From Eledone cirrhosa (lineage: Eukaryota), in assembly GCA_964016885.1 (NCBI GenBank), contig OZ024742.1:100316001-100380000 (forward strand): a stretch of DNA of 64,000 nt. The letters are read 5' to 3'. Below are positions 1 to 13,685 of the stretch, piece by piece (the stretch's first letter is position 1; each line of letters starts with the position of its first letter). Below the pieces are notes generated by a model. The model saw only the letters and a list, made by a program, of their open reading frames with translations. It was not told the origin of the DNA and did no database searches. A program made the translations under genes and the position numbers.

Positions 1-410
1 TACAAACACACACACTCATATACAAATTCACACACACATACAAACTCGCACACACACACACATGCACGCACACACTCACAAACAAACAGACACACACACA
101 TAGATACACACACTCACAAACAAACCCACACATTCACAAACATACACACACACACACACACATACATACACACATACATACACACACTCACATACAAACA
201 CACACACATAGACACACATACATACACACACTCACATACAAACACACAAACACACACACATACATACACACACACTCACATACAAACATACATACACACA
301 CACTCACATACAAACACACATACACACACATACATACACACACTCACATACAAACACACACACACACACATACATACACACACTCACATACAAACACACA
401 CGCACACATC
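1..410. repeat. Degenerate (CA)n/(CATA)n compound microsatellite
   Basis: Continuous CA/CATA/CAAA units from the window start. Confidence 0.9.
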
Positions 411-509
411 TACTGAGTATGGTGTCTCTTTACACCCCCTCTCACCTTGTCAGCCAAACTACCCAACCTGAATGGTTTCACTTACCTACGTATTACTTCA
501 TTGCAGTTA

Positions 510-1215
510 ATGATGTGAAGAGAAGAGGGGTGGTGGTGAAGGGGGTGGAGAGGGGGTGGATGGGGTGGTGGGGGGGAAGATAGCAGAAGATGTGTGCAGG
601 AGTGATGGCGGTAGGTGGCCTGGGTCGAAGGGAAAGACGGGGGAGGAAAGTGTGGTAGAGAGAGGGGTGGAATGGGTGGTGGGAGAGGAGGTTGAGAAGC
701 TAGCAGAAGATGTGAGTAGGAGTGATGGGAGGGGGGAGGTGGCCTGGGTCGAAGGGGAAGAGAGGTGGGGCTTTGTGGGAGGGAGCATGATGTGGGAAGA
801 GGACGGGGGGACGAGGGAACGTGACTGACTGGGGAAGGGTGATGGAGGAGAAAGTTAAAGGAATAGGGGGAGAGAAAAATGAGGAACAGAGACGACTGAA
901 GAGGGTGGACCGAGAGAGAGAGGAAGAGGGTTAGGGTAGAGATAGAAGGTGTAGCAGAGGTTACAGTGAGATGAAGGGTGAATGGGTGGCAAGAGGGTTG
1001 GAGACAGGAGGTAGCGAGGGAGGATAGAAAGAGAAGGGTAATGAGGGAGGAAGAGAGATAAGGAGGAAAATAGGAAGATGAAGGTGAGGAACGGAATAAG
1101 ATGAAGATAGAGAGGGAAGAAGGTCGAGAGAGAGAGGGAGAGCTGTAGGAAGATGGTGGATCAAAAAATGCAAATAGTAAGAAGGCAGGATAGTGTGGTT
1201 GGGTGGTTGAGGAAT
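510..1215. repeat. Purine-rich (GA/GGA) low-complexity tract
   Basis: Strong G/A strand bias with an internal ~120-bp-period near-duplication (tagcagaagatgtg...ggcctgggtcgaagg); ORFs here are low-complexity. Confidence 0.6.
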
Positions 1216-1390
1216 AAACAAATCACTCTGTAAGAAAACCCTAATCCGGAAACCCTAATATCCCCCCCCCCCCTCTTTCCCCGCTTCTCTGTCTCCTAAA
1301 ACCCTTTTTTTCTTCTTTTACTTCTAATATACTGCAAAATATATTTAAGTGCTGTTAATATTGAAACAACTGTAAAATAACGCAAAGAAT

Positions 1391-1491
1391 AATTGTTTCT
1401 ACTTTAGGCACAAGGCCAGCAATTACCCAGTGCATTACTGGTACTTTATTTTATCGACCCCGTAAGGATGAAAGGCAAAGTCAACCTCGGC
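1391..1491 (-). mobile_element. 5'-truncated tRNA-derived SINE (family A) with 12-bp target-site duplication
   Basis: Core tactggtactttattttatcgaccccgtaaggatgaaaggcaaag; gcaaagaataat at both 1382-1393 and 1490-1501. Confidence 0.85.
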
Positions 1492-1585
1492 AAAGAATAA
1501 TGAATGTAAATAAGGTGTGTAGCTCTATAGGCGTGCTGGTTTTATATTTATATGGGCACACACATATACACACATACACACACAC

Positions 1586-1618
<33 letters not shown>

Positions 1619-1622
1619 TATT

Positions 1623-1681
<59 letters not shown>

Positions 1682-1754
1682 ATATACACGCACATACATA
1701 TATATATATATACACATGCACATATACACATTCACATAGATACACACACATAGA

Positions 1755-1781
<27 letters not shown>

Positions 1782-1785
<4 letters not shown>

Positions 1786-1895
1786 GTTTCTACATTTGGC
1801 GCAAGGCCAGCAATGATACCAGTGTATTACTGGTACTTTATTTTATGGACCCCGTAAGGATGAAAGGCAAAGTTAACCGTGGCGGGATATATATA

Positions 1896-1934
<39 letters not shown>

Positions 1935-2081
1935 GTTTCTACTTTTGGCACAAGGCCAGCAAATCACCAATACATTACTGGTACTTTATTTTATCGACCC
2001 CGTAAGGATGAAAGGCAAAGTAGACCTCGACGGGATTTGAACTCAGAATGGAAAGGGCCGTAACTCTATGCGTCAAAGCAT
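1782..2081 (-). mobile_element. Two SINE family A copies (1782-1888, 1931-2081) separated by (TA)n
   Basis: Same core; the second copy includes the B-box complement gggatttgaactcag. Confidence 0.85.
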
Positions 2082-2236
2082 AATATATATATATATATAT
2101 AAATATATGTATATATATATATGATATATATATATATATCATATATATATTATATAATATATACACATATAATATGTATATAATATATACACATATAATA
2201 TGTATATAATATGTATAATATATATATACATATATA

Positions 2237-2305
<69 letters not shown>

Positions 2306-2307
2306 CA

Positions 2308-2346
<39 letters not shown>

Positions 2347-3021
2347 CATATATATATATATATATATACATATAATGATGCATATTATATTACATGAAAT
2401 GAATAAAATATACTGTGCTGCAAACATAAATATAAAAGTAAGTAGGCATCCACCCACTACATCTACCCATTCCCCTACACCCACCCACTACATCTACCCA
2501 TTCTCCTACACCCACACAACACAACCACCTATCATATCCCCCCTACACATCTATACCCACCATATTTACATAAATATAATGTAGAAAATATATATCCTCT
2601 TTCAAAGAGAAATCTTGAAGATAATAAAAGAAGATTAGCCGTTTCCTTTTCGTCTTTTTGTCTTTATGTGAAACAAATTAACAGTGAAGAAATACTTAAG
2701 GAACCGCGCTGTTGTTTATTCTTAACTTATTGTGTTGTTTACGTCTTTTTCTCATTGGTTCTTCTTTTTCTTCTTCTTTTTCATCTTCTTACCTTCCACT
2801 ACTTTCTCCACCACCATCTCCTCCTCCTCAAATTCTTCTTTCCCTTTCTTCGCATCCTCCTTGTGTTTGTTGTTTCACTTAAATCATAATTGAAAAATTA
2901 AATTAATGAATTTATCCTATTTAATTCTTCTCATTCTAAATGTATTGCCATTTCTTGGTTGATTTTATTGTTTTGTTTTTTTTTTGTTTTATTTTTGTGT
3001 TGTTGTTATATAAGAGAGATT

Positions 3022-3340
3022 GTGAAGGCGTCGTTGCTTACTGGTTCGGGTGTTCGGCTCACCCTAGTAAAATAGCGAGCTCGAATCCCAGACCACCTGG
3101 CCATTTGTGTTCTTGAGCAATGTACGTTATTTCACGTTGCTCCTGACCATTCAGCCGGAGAAAAATTAGCTGTACGTGTAATTGAAAGGGGTGGCCAGCC
3201 TTGCCGCGTGCTGTCACGCCAAATCTCTTTGTGATATTCATTTAGGGTACATGTGTCTGTAGGAATGTTCAGCCAATTGCAGGTGTTTTTCACGAGCTGG
3301 CTATACCGTTGATCGAGCAACTTTAACCGACAAAGGTCCA
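3022..3340 (+). mobile_element. tRNA-derived SINE (family B), degenerate
   Basis: tRNA-like head with B-box-like gctcgaatcc, then gtgttcttgagcaa...ttatttcacgttgctcc; related copies at ~4330-4600, ~31503-31760, ~31890-32095 and ~35935-36230. Confidence 0.6.
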
Positions 3341-3355
3341 ATATATATAAGGTAG

Positions 3356-3560
3356 CATGATTTCTAATATCCGCACAAGGCCAGCAATTTTAGGGAAGGG
3401 AAAAGTCGATTAAATCGACTCCAGTGCAATACTGGTACTTTATTTTATCGACCTCGTAAAGGTGAAAAGTAAAGCTAACCTCAGTCAGATTTGAACTCAG
3501 AGCGTAAAGGGCCACAACTCTATGCCGCAAAGCATAGTGTCTGACTCTCTACCGATCAAT
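3356..3560 (-). mobile_element. SINE family A, diverged
   Basis: actggtacttta...tcgacctcgtaaaggtgaaaag...gatttgaactcag. Confidence 0.8.
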
Positions 3561-3740
3561 ACACCGCAATGATGATGCAGTATATTTTCGTGGTTAGGTT
3601 TACATCCTATGTTCGAACCTCCCTTCGACTTTACTTTATTTTATTTATTCTTTATTTTTCCATTGAAAAATGAAATTTACAGCTCCAACCTATGTAGATT
3701 TATCTGGCTTACTACTATGTTGCATCTCACTGGAAGCTCT

Positions 3741-3774
<34 letters not shown>

Positions 3775-4956
3775 GCACGCGTGTGTGTGTTTGGTTTGTT
3801 TGCTTTTTCTTGACAAGGCCCTCAATCCTAAGATGAAAAACAATATGAAATGAATATTTTGCTCAAGAACACAATGCGCCGTTCAGTCCAAACATCAAAA
3901 CGTAACCGCTACCCCACGCTACTTCACAGAATGTTTTTATTCCAGTAAGGTTGTCCATAGAATAACTTCTAATTCCGAAAACGAGAATTAATAAGGATTT
4001 TCATTTATTATTTTTGATTTTTTATATTTAGTCAGAGCGTAAGAGACAGTACCCCTCTTTAGGCCTTCCGCAACTGGTGAAAGGGAGGAAAGAATTTATC
4101 TTCAAACTGGAGACCAGGTTTGAATGCTTACAACAGAGTGGACTCCATTAAAGGCATCCAAAGAACAGGAGGAGGTGGTGTTAAACTGTGCGACCAAGTA
4201 CGTCTAGTACTCAAGTATGCCACAATGGGATTTGAACTCGAAATAACAACAACACGTATACCACAAGCTATTTCATTTAACTATCTAACAGTTTAGCCAA
4301 TCCATAGTCCTCTACACATATTTGTGAATGCAGCATAATAGAATGGTAAGAAGTTCGCTTCGTAATCATTAGTTGCCGGCTTCGATCTCTCTACGTGGTA
4401 TCTTGAACAAGCGTCATTTACTTGGGTCGATCATGTCTTGTGAGTGATATTGAGTAAACAGAAATTGCTTGAAAATCTATCAGCTCTAATTCAAAGGGTC
4501 AGCCATGTGAAACTGTCATGTTGAATTTTCCTGAAAACTACGTTAAGAATTCACGTCTCTGTGGAATACACAGCCACTTTCACGTTATTGTCATGAACAG
4601 ATACTATATTTTATCGACCCGTAATGATGAACGGCAAAGGCGACTTCGGTGGGATGTGAACTCAGATCGCAGAGATCGGGATCAAATTTGTAGTAATATC
4701 TATTCAATCGGCGATACGGCTTCATAAATAATTTGTAGCCAATCATTTTTATTATTGATATTTTTATCATTAATGTTTGTTGTTATCAGGTCATTGAGTT
4801 AGAAGTATTATAACACAATACGACATAACCATGAAATAAAGGACAGAAGCATATCGTCATCGGACCAAGGAAACTAAATATCTTTTCATTGCTGATACCA
4901 GCTGCAACTCGTGGTAGAAGCGTCTCTGTTTTACTGCTTATTTGAACTTAGAACGC

Positions 4957-5026
<70 letters not shown>

Positions 5027-5033
5027 ATATATA

Positions 5034-5912
5034 CGAGGTGTGTCAGAAAAGTTGCAGGACTGATATCACAAAAGATTTATTTCAAACCCAAACTTCACAC
5101 TAAGAGTTTTCTCCTTCAAAGTAATCCCCCTGGAGTATGTAACTGTAATCTTAGCTCTCTGCAGCGATCAAACCATTTTCTTCATAATTTTATATACATG
5201 TCCTCTGTTTCAGGTCGTCAAGCAATGAGCACATAGTAACGAACAAACTTGAAAACTCCGACAGAAGCACTGGGATTGCTGCAGCAAGTGTATAGAGATG
5301 AGACGATGTCACGCTCACGTGTTTTTGAGTGGTGCAAGAGGTTTAAAGAAGGATGCGAGGACGTGGAAGATGACCCCAGGAGCGGAAGGCCATCAACAAC
5401 CAGGACTGAGGTCAACGTTGAGCGCGTCAGGCAGATGGTGCGTAGCGATCGTAAGCTGGGCATGAATCGGGAATACGTCTGGAAGATTCTCACTGAAGAT
5501 TTGGAGATACGGAAAGTCTGCGCGAAGATGGTACCAAAACTCCTGAACGATGACCAGAAGGGTCGACGCATGCAAGTGTGCCAGAATATCCTCGAGCATC
5601 TTGAAACCGAACCAGATTTGCTAGGGACAGTCATCACCGGTGATGAGTCATGGATCTTCGAGTACGACCAGGGGGGGGGGGGGAAACCCGTCGTTTTGAA
5701 GATGTGGACCACGTCAAAAAAGCCGTACGACGGAACTGCGGAAGATCCCGGAAGAATCCTTCCAGGAGTGCATGCAAGCATGGCAGAAAAGAATGGAAAA
5801 GTGCATTAGACTCCAGGGGGATTACTTTGAAGGAGAAAAATCTTAGTGTGAAGTTTGGGTTTGAAATAAATCTTTTGTGACATCAATCCTGGAACTTTTC
5901 TGACACACCTCG
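5034..5912 (+). mobile_element. Internally deleted mariner (Tc1/mariner) DNA transposon
   Basis: ~70-bp terminal inverted repeats (cgaggtgtgtcagaaaagtt...aacttttctgacacacctcg) flanked by TA; transposase remnant inside. Confidence 0.92.
5249..5850 (+). pseudogene. Mariner transposase remnant
   Basis: HTH region [35 protein letters not shown]-equivalent MVPKLL, first catalytic motif ITGDESWIFEYD; a poly-G join then leads to the C-terminal ...KCIRLQGDYFEG, so the rest of the DD34D core is missing. Confidence 0.88.
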
Positions 5913-5917
5913 TATAT

Positions 5918-6000
<83 letters not shown>

Positions 6001-6345
6001 ATAGAGAAGTTAATATAAGCAAAATGCCAACAATAATTCAGACATATAAGTGACTATACCATCAAGATGAAAAAATGTTTAATGTAAGATGAGGGAAAAG
6101 TAATACAATCTTAATTTAAAACAAATCAAGAAGAAACACTTTATCCTTAGACTTTGTGTAAGTTGAGGAAAAAGCAGTACAATCTTAACTCAAAATAAAA
6201 TCAAGAAGAAATACTTAACCGTCAATTTCCTTTACCTTTTCCACGGAAATATTATATATATATATAATATATCCGTGGAAATGGTAAAGGAAAGAAGAGT
6301 GTTCTATGAATACTACAGAGCTCTTTAATTATGTAATAAATAAAG

Positions 6346-6418
6346 ATTCCTTCTGATGAGCGATATCAGACGTTTCGGTTAGAATCGTCTAACTTCGTGA
6401 AACCTTGGGTAATGGAAT
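6346..6418 (+). ncRNA. Type I hammerhead ribozyme motif
   Basis: attcctt CTGATGA gcga...tcgt GAAA ccttgg GTA atggaat: canonical core, stem II gcga/tcgt with an inner agacg/cgtct helix, stem III ACC/GGU, GUA site, stem I 6 of 7 pairs. Confidence 0.72.
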
Positions 6419-6994
6419 AATTATATTGTGTTGTTTATTGTATAATTAAATATATGTATTTATATATAAACTTGAGTAAGTGTCGGTTGTTTACCGACAC
6501 TACAGTATGCAGGTTGGGGTGTGTATATATATATATATATACTTCATCCTAAGTGTAATACTAATAAGACTTTATGCTTATGGACCTCGGTGTTTGTGTT
6601 GTCATTTTTAACTATATATGTATGTGTATGTATCTATGTGTATGTGTGTCTGTGCGTGTGAGTGTATGCGTGCGTATACGCCGTGTCCCCCTATTCAATT
6701 AATGTGGATGGGACAACAGATAACAGTAGAACGACCATATAGTATTGAAACTATTAAGGCCATATTAAGACCATATAGTATTGAAACTTTAGCTGATGCT
6801 GATGATAAAAGATGATAAACTAATCTAGTAAAGACGAATTCAAAGTAATGTCTTACATGTTATTATCTTATGTAATACTTCTTTCAAACATCGACTCGAT
6901 TATTTCATCTAATCCAATTTGATATTTTAACGGTTTCTAGTTTTCACTGACTTTTACTGAATCTAAATATCCATATTACATATCGTGGTCTGTC

Positions 6995-7049
<55 letters not shown>

Positions 7050-7168
7050 TGTGTGTGTGTGTGCGCGTTTATATAAATATATGGAGAATAGATATTCGTA
7101 TGTAAGAGTATATATATAAATATCTAAGTGTGTATATATGGTTGTTTTGCAGGTTTATATAGATGTTC

Positions 7169-7255
<87 letters not shown>

Positions 7256-7700
7256 TGTGTGTGTGCGTGCGTGCGTGTGTGTGTGTGTGTGTACATATAT
7301 GTATGTGTTTTCTGTTTTATTTCATTCCCATCCGTTTACATCACCATCTTTCCGTTTCTCTACCAATTTCTCCCCCCCCCCCTCTCACGCTATCTGCCTT
7401 CCCCTTAACTCCCCCTTACTCTCCCACGCTTACCCCCACCTCTCTACGGACTTCAATTTCTGTCCTAAAATAGTTTCAATTTCCAGGAAAGAATAACTCC
7501 TTTGTGTGTACGCTGCATACCTAAGGGAAACTCTAACATCATTGCATCCCCTTTGATTCCCTTCTGATATCATACTATCCTACAACCCCTTTAAGATGTA
7601 TATATGCATATATTGACATATGCATATACCTGTGTGTATGTATGCATATATATATATACATATTTATATATATTATATATACGATATATATATATTATAT

Positions 7701-7732
<32 letters not shown>

Positions 7733-7736
7733 TATA

Positions 7737-7779
<43 letters not shown>

Positions 7780-7805
7780 TATATATACGATATATATATA
7801 TATTA

Positions 7806-7836
<31 letters not shown>

Positions 7837-7934
7837 TATATATATATATATGTGCTTGTTGATCTATGATTATGCATATATGACTTTACCTATATATATA
7901 TATATACGTCCATATATGGACGTATGCAAATACG

Positions 7935-8001
<67 letters not shown>

Positions 8002-8004
8002 ATG

Positions 8005-8065
<61 letters not shown>

Positions 8066-8838
8066 GTATTTGCATACGTCCATATATGCATATATACATC
8101 TTAAATACATCTTAAAGGGGTATATATATATATACATATATTTGTACACTCACACACATGCATGCACATACGTAAGCAGGTATAAGTTAAGTGTATGGGC
8201 CTTTCGGATTAAACTCCCAAAATAGCATCCCAACGTTTAGTATATCGATAAAGGCCAATCTCTCCCTGATTTCTGTATTCATTAATGTGTTTCTTTAAAT
8301 ATTGACATTCCTTCTTTACCAAATATAGTTAGAAGGAAAATCGCCTTTCATCCTTCACTTTATTTTACTCCACCACTTCTTAACCTCTTTTTTAACTTCT
8401 TCGCCTTCATCTACTCCTCCAATCTCTCGCTTTCACCTACTCCTTCGCTGCCTTCTACTTCCCTTTCGTCTACTCCTTCACTCTTTTCCCTCTTTCTCAC
8501 CTTCACCTATATATCTTTCTTCGTCTTTTTCCCTCTTTCACATTCATCCCTCTTTCGCCTTCGTTGTTTCCATCTCCTTTCTCACCACCTTCCATCCTTC
8601 ATCAGCTACTCTTTCGCTTCCTTACACTTCATCCACTTCTTTACCTTTATCTACTTCATCAGCTTTTATCTTTTATATTCCAGGTATATTAAACAATGGC
8701 AGAATCGTATGGCGTCGGGTAAAATATGCTTCGGTATATGTACCGGCTATTTGCGTTCAAATCCCATCGAAGTCAACATTGTATTCCTTCTTTGCGAGAT
8801 CAATAAATGAAGTACCAGTGCAGTACTTCTACCCCAGC

Positions 8839-8921
<83 letters not shown>

Positions 8922-9458
8922 TATATATATATCACTTCCACCAAACGTGAGTTTTGTTTGTCCATTTTCTACTATATATATATATATATATATAACTATT
9001 TTTCTACTTGGTTTAAAAAATCTAAGCCATATTGTGAAGTAGAAGAATTTCTCAACGCTTCCCCCATCACCTACATCAATCCATAGAAGAATCAGAAAAC
9101 ACTTTGCTCAAAGTACGTTTTTTTTGTAAGGGTCTAGTTACTATAGATTAATACAGCAGATAATAATAGATATTGTTTAATGTTTATTCTTGAACAGATA
9201 CAATGTCTGTTCTTATACAGAAACTGCGTCATATAACGGCTGCACCTTGAAGAAGTCCGTCTCCCCCATACTCATATTTAAAACAGGTTAGGGGTTGGTA
9301 AATATTGATTATATCAGAGGAAGGGAGTGTAGAAGATGTCTTAGTTCTAGGATAGACATTTAATTCATAATTAGGTTTGTTTTTGAGTGTATTAAGGGTT
9401 TGGAATTCGATGGTCATGTGTTTTGTTGGCTTTGGTTTCGGAGTGTATTATAGTATTA

Positions 9459-9709
9459 TCTAGAACAAACACAGAGTAATTATTGAATGTCCCTATACGG
9501 AAATAATATGAAATAATTGTTTCTACTTTTGACCAGCAATTATACCAGTGTATTACTGGTACTTTATCTTATCGACCCCGTAGGATGAAAGTCAAAGTTA
9601 ACCAGTAATGATCTGGGATAATTGCTGGCCTTGTGCCAAAAGTAGAAACAATTATTTTATATTATTTCCGTATAGGAACATTCAATAATTCATTTGCATT
9701 TGTTCTAGA
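9459..9709. repeat. Foldback inverted duplication containing SINE family A 3' ends
   Basis: aattattgaatgtccctatacggaaataat...tttctacttttg is the reverse complement of caaaagtagaaac...attatttccgtataggaacattcaataatt. Confidence 0.8.
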
Positions 9710-9752
9710 AAGATCTACGATAAAATTTATGTATTTGCAGTCCAATTTGCTT

Positions 9753-9939
<187 letters not shown>

Positions 9940-10532
9940 CTCAGTTTTAAATAAATTGTTTCCTACTGAAATATTGAATATTTTTTTCACTGCTTTGCAT
10001 TTTCCCCTAGGGTACTCTCTTAGCTACCTATTTGTGTGTATGAGACTGTGTGTATGATTATGTGTATGTACACACACATTGCACACACATAAACACAAAT
10101 ACACATACTCCTGACTACATGCATACATAAATCCCTTCTGATCACAAACATTTAGTCCCACCGCCGCAGCTCCCTACCAACAACATACACATTTATCCAC
10201 CCACAAACACACAAGGCCCATCACCCACTACAGCAAACCATATTTGCCCTCACATATGACTCCCACAAAACACACACACGAATGCAATCCGCCTACTCAC
10301 CTAGATGCATATAGTCCCTAACATTAACCACATACTCAAACACACACTGAACACATATCCACAGGCACATTTAACTTTCCACACACTCACATATAATTCT
10401 GCAATTAGCTACGCATATATGTATTACCACGCAGCGAAATCTATATGAATAAGCCGCTGTATATATTCATATATATGCGTCTTCATACACACACACGCAT
10501 ATATATGTATACATACACATTCGTATTTATAA

Positions 10533-10598
<66 letters not shown>

Positions 10599-10611
10599 AT
10601 GTGTGTGTGTG

Positions 10612-10643
<32 letters not shown>

Positions 10644-11065
10644 CACACACACATATATAAATATACATGTGTGTGTGTGTGTCTACAATATGAAAGAAAT
10701 AAGCGCTACGAGTGACCGACCGACCAACCACTTAATCTAATAAATTATAAAAGAGGCTTTGGTTGGAAACAGACAGACAAACAGACGGACAGACATACAT
10801 AAGACCTGACAAATAAGGGTCATTGTAGTGGTGGAATGGTGGGATGGCTGGTTTGACATGATGGTAGGTGATACAGAGTGGGCTGGACGGGCGAATGCAT
10901 TATAACAGCCGAAATCATAACGACAACTTCACCAATCTTTAAAAAATATTGAAGCTGGCGGCAGCGCATTGAAAGAATGATAGAATGAGTGAGTAATGGG
11001 GAAGAAAAAGCGAGGGTGGAAGAGGGAGGGAGAGATTGAGACGATGATGGGGATTCTAGACGTAT

Positions 11066-11671
11066 GTGAACGGTCATTTTGGGCCTGACCTTCGCCTCTT
11101 TGTATCTTCTATGTTGGAGGACCAGAGGAACAATAACTCCACATACCAGCCCCTTCTATCCGCCCACCCTTATGCAACACCACAGCAGCCTTCCATGACA
11201 CCCCACACCACGCAACGCCACAGCCGCCTTCCACGACACCCAACACCACGGAACACCACCACCGCTTTCCCTGCCACTCCTTTTCTATTTGCCCCCCCCA
11301 CCACCACCACCACCACCACCAGCTTCCACGCCAATACCACCTTCCACGAAACCACCGCGCCTCCCACTTTCGGCCCTTGTACACCACCACCACCACCGCC
11401 TCCTATCTTCGGCCCTAGCACATCATCTCCACCACCTTCTCCTTTGCCCCCTAGCACGAATCGCCCACCACCACCACCACCGCCTCCACCTCCTTGCACG
11501 CTACCACCACCGTCTTTCACGTTTGCTCCTTACACGTCACCCACTGTCTCGTTACACGACACCACCGCCGCGTTGCACGACCCTCTCTCTCCCCTTGCAT
11601 GCCACCAAGACTCATCCTTCCGCCTTGGAGAGCATTCGTTCAACGGCACGCCATCATCCATTCTTCCATAG
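11066..11671 (+). CDS. Possible Pro/Thr-rich coding exon, function unknown
   Basis: 201-codon open frame in non-TE, GC-richer sequence; in-frame ATG at 11111; no recognisable domain; may be non-coding (CCA)n-rich DNA. Confidence 0.22.
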   Translation: MNGHFGPDLRLFVSSMLEDQRNNNSTYQPLLSAHPYATPQQPSMTPHTTQRHSRLPRHPTPRNTTTAFPATPFLFAPPTTTTTTTSFHANTTFHETTAPPTFGPCTPPPPPPPIFGPSTSSPPPSPLPPSTNRPPPPPPPPPPCTLPPPSFTFAPYTSPTVSLHDTTAALHDPLSPLACHQDSSFRLGEHSFNGTPSSILP

Positions 11672-12534
11672 ACGAAATTTATAAGGGAGTACGTTGGTGT
11701 GTGGAATGGAAGAAGCCCTTGAAAAATGGGACATATAAAACGACATATTTTTCTTTTTTGTCTCCTCATTTATGTGTACAAGACTTCGTCTTTTGCTCCT
11801 GTCAAGTCTTCTTATAATCCTCCTGCCTATTCTAAATTTTCTTCTCCTCCACCTCCTCTTTCCAGTATTGCAGTTATCGTTGTTGTTGTCATTGTTATTG
11901 TCATCCTTGTCATTGTTATCGTCGTTGTTATTGTTCTCTTTTCTTTTTTTCAATCTTCTTTCTTTTCCTTGGCCTGTTTTCTTCTCTTTTCCTTATACAT
12001 CTGTTTCCTCTCTTCCTTTCGTTCTATTCCTTCTCCTCCTATATCTTTGTCTTCTAATTTGCTATTCATTCTTATGGGTGTTTCTTTTCCCGGGGTCATT
12101 CCTGTCTTCGTGTTCTGTTTTCTATCTTGTCATATTCTGTTTCCCTATTTTCAGTTATTATTATTACCATTAGTATTTTTCCTTTGTCCGCAACTACTAC
12201 TACTACTATTACTACTACTTCTACTGGTAGCAGCCCCAAATGGTTTCGAATATAGGTACAAGGCCAGCAAATTTGTAATAAACTGGGATTTTATTTTATT
12301 GGTCCCGATCTTCAGATTGGACTGAGCGAAGAATATTTCCATTGGTCTTTCTATTGCTGATACTATCTACAAGCCTGTTAAAGAGACCAACGTGAAATAA
12401 AGTATTTTCCTCAAGAAAACACCGCACCGACCTTTCCTGGAATCGAACTTATGACCTTATGATCGTCAGTCGAACACGTTAAACACTAAACAGTTTGTCC
12501 GACACTCTACTGATTCTGCCAACCAACCACCAAT

Positions 12535-12700
12535 TGTTTCTAATAGACGCACAACACATTTACTAAACTGAGAAGTAGTATTGGTTGATTATGTTTAACC
12601 TCACTATTTAACTGGTATTCTATTTCATCGACTATGAAAAGATAAAAGGCAAAGTTGACTTCGGCGAGATTTGAACAAAAAATCTAAAGGGCAAGTATCA
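12535..12700 (-). mobile_element. SINE family A, old copy
   Basis: actggtattctatttcatcgactatgaaaagataaaaggcaaagttgacttcggcgagatttgaac. Confidence 0.65.
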
Positions 12701-13028
12701 TACAAATACCACTAGCTGGTTCCATTTGGGTTCCTTTACCAGAATCCGCTTTGCTGTAAGCATTCCAGCCACGTCCCTTCTGCCACCAGTCTCGGAAGCT
12801 TTAAAAGGGTTTATGTGCACGTTGATACACCACCTAATTAAATAGTAAAATTATTAAAGTTCTTCCCTTTTTATATTACTATTCTAGCAGCCATAATTGA
12901 ACTTCGGAAACATTGGGGCCTGGGGTATCACGTTCAGGGTTTTAGTCAACCATATCATACCCCTGCCCCACCTCCAGTGCGTATTTTGGTCTGGTATTTA
13001 CTTTATTTGATTTATCAATCCGTTAGAG

Positions 13029-13292
13029 CAGTGGTCCTCAACCTTTTTGCGCCACGGACCAGTGTCATGCAAGACAATTTCTCCATGGACCCAAGGGTGG
13101 GGGGTCGGTGTCGTTCAAGCACATAACAAAACACCATAAACAATAAAGTGCATATTATATATTTTAAAATTAATTTAATTATTGCATTTATACTGTAAAT
13201 GTGACTCAACATAAGGTAGGCCGTGATAGTCAACAAAGTGGTAAAAAGGTTTTATTCTTTCTGTGCGGCCCGGTACTAAATGGTCCACGGCC
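13029..13292. mobile_element. Non-autonomous hAT (Charlie-group, MER1/OC1-like) fragment
   Basis: Terminus cagtggtcctcaacctttttgcgccacggaccagtgtcatgcaagacaatttctccatggac resembles MER1/OposCharlie-type ends from memory; other end truncated after gcggcccggtactaaatggtccacggcc. Confidence 0.6.
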
Positions 13293-13586
13293 TGTTAGAA
13301 ATAGCAGTTATATTTAACTCTATTGTATTACTGTCTTTTAAACATATATCTGGGAATACATTATTCAGTGTCTCTTTATGATTACAATGTGATTTGACTG
13401 GTATTTCGAAGAGCGTCAGCAATCTTGTAGAAAATGCATCTTCAAATGAAAACCAAATGTATTAAACGCAATTATTTCCAGATTTATTGCATTTACGAGA
13501 TCATGCGATCTACTACAAAAAAATCATACATACATACATACATACATACATACATACATACATACATACATACATACATACATGCA

Positions 13587-13618
<32 letters not shown>

Positions 13619-13685
13619 GAATATAGTTTTTACGAGGCAAGACAAACATCTGCTTGAAACATACTAAACAAAGTTATCGAGACAC

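Noticed and set aside
1236-1260. aaccctaa twice, telomere-like
   Set aside because: Two isolated units, not an array
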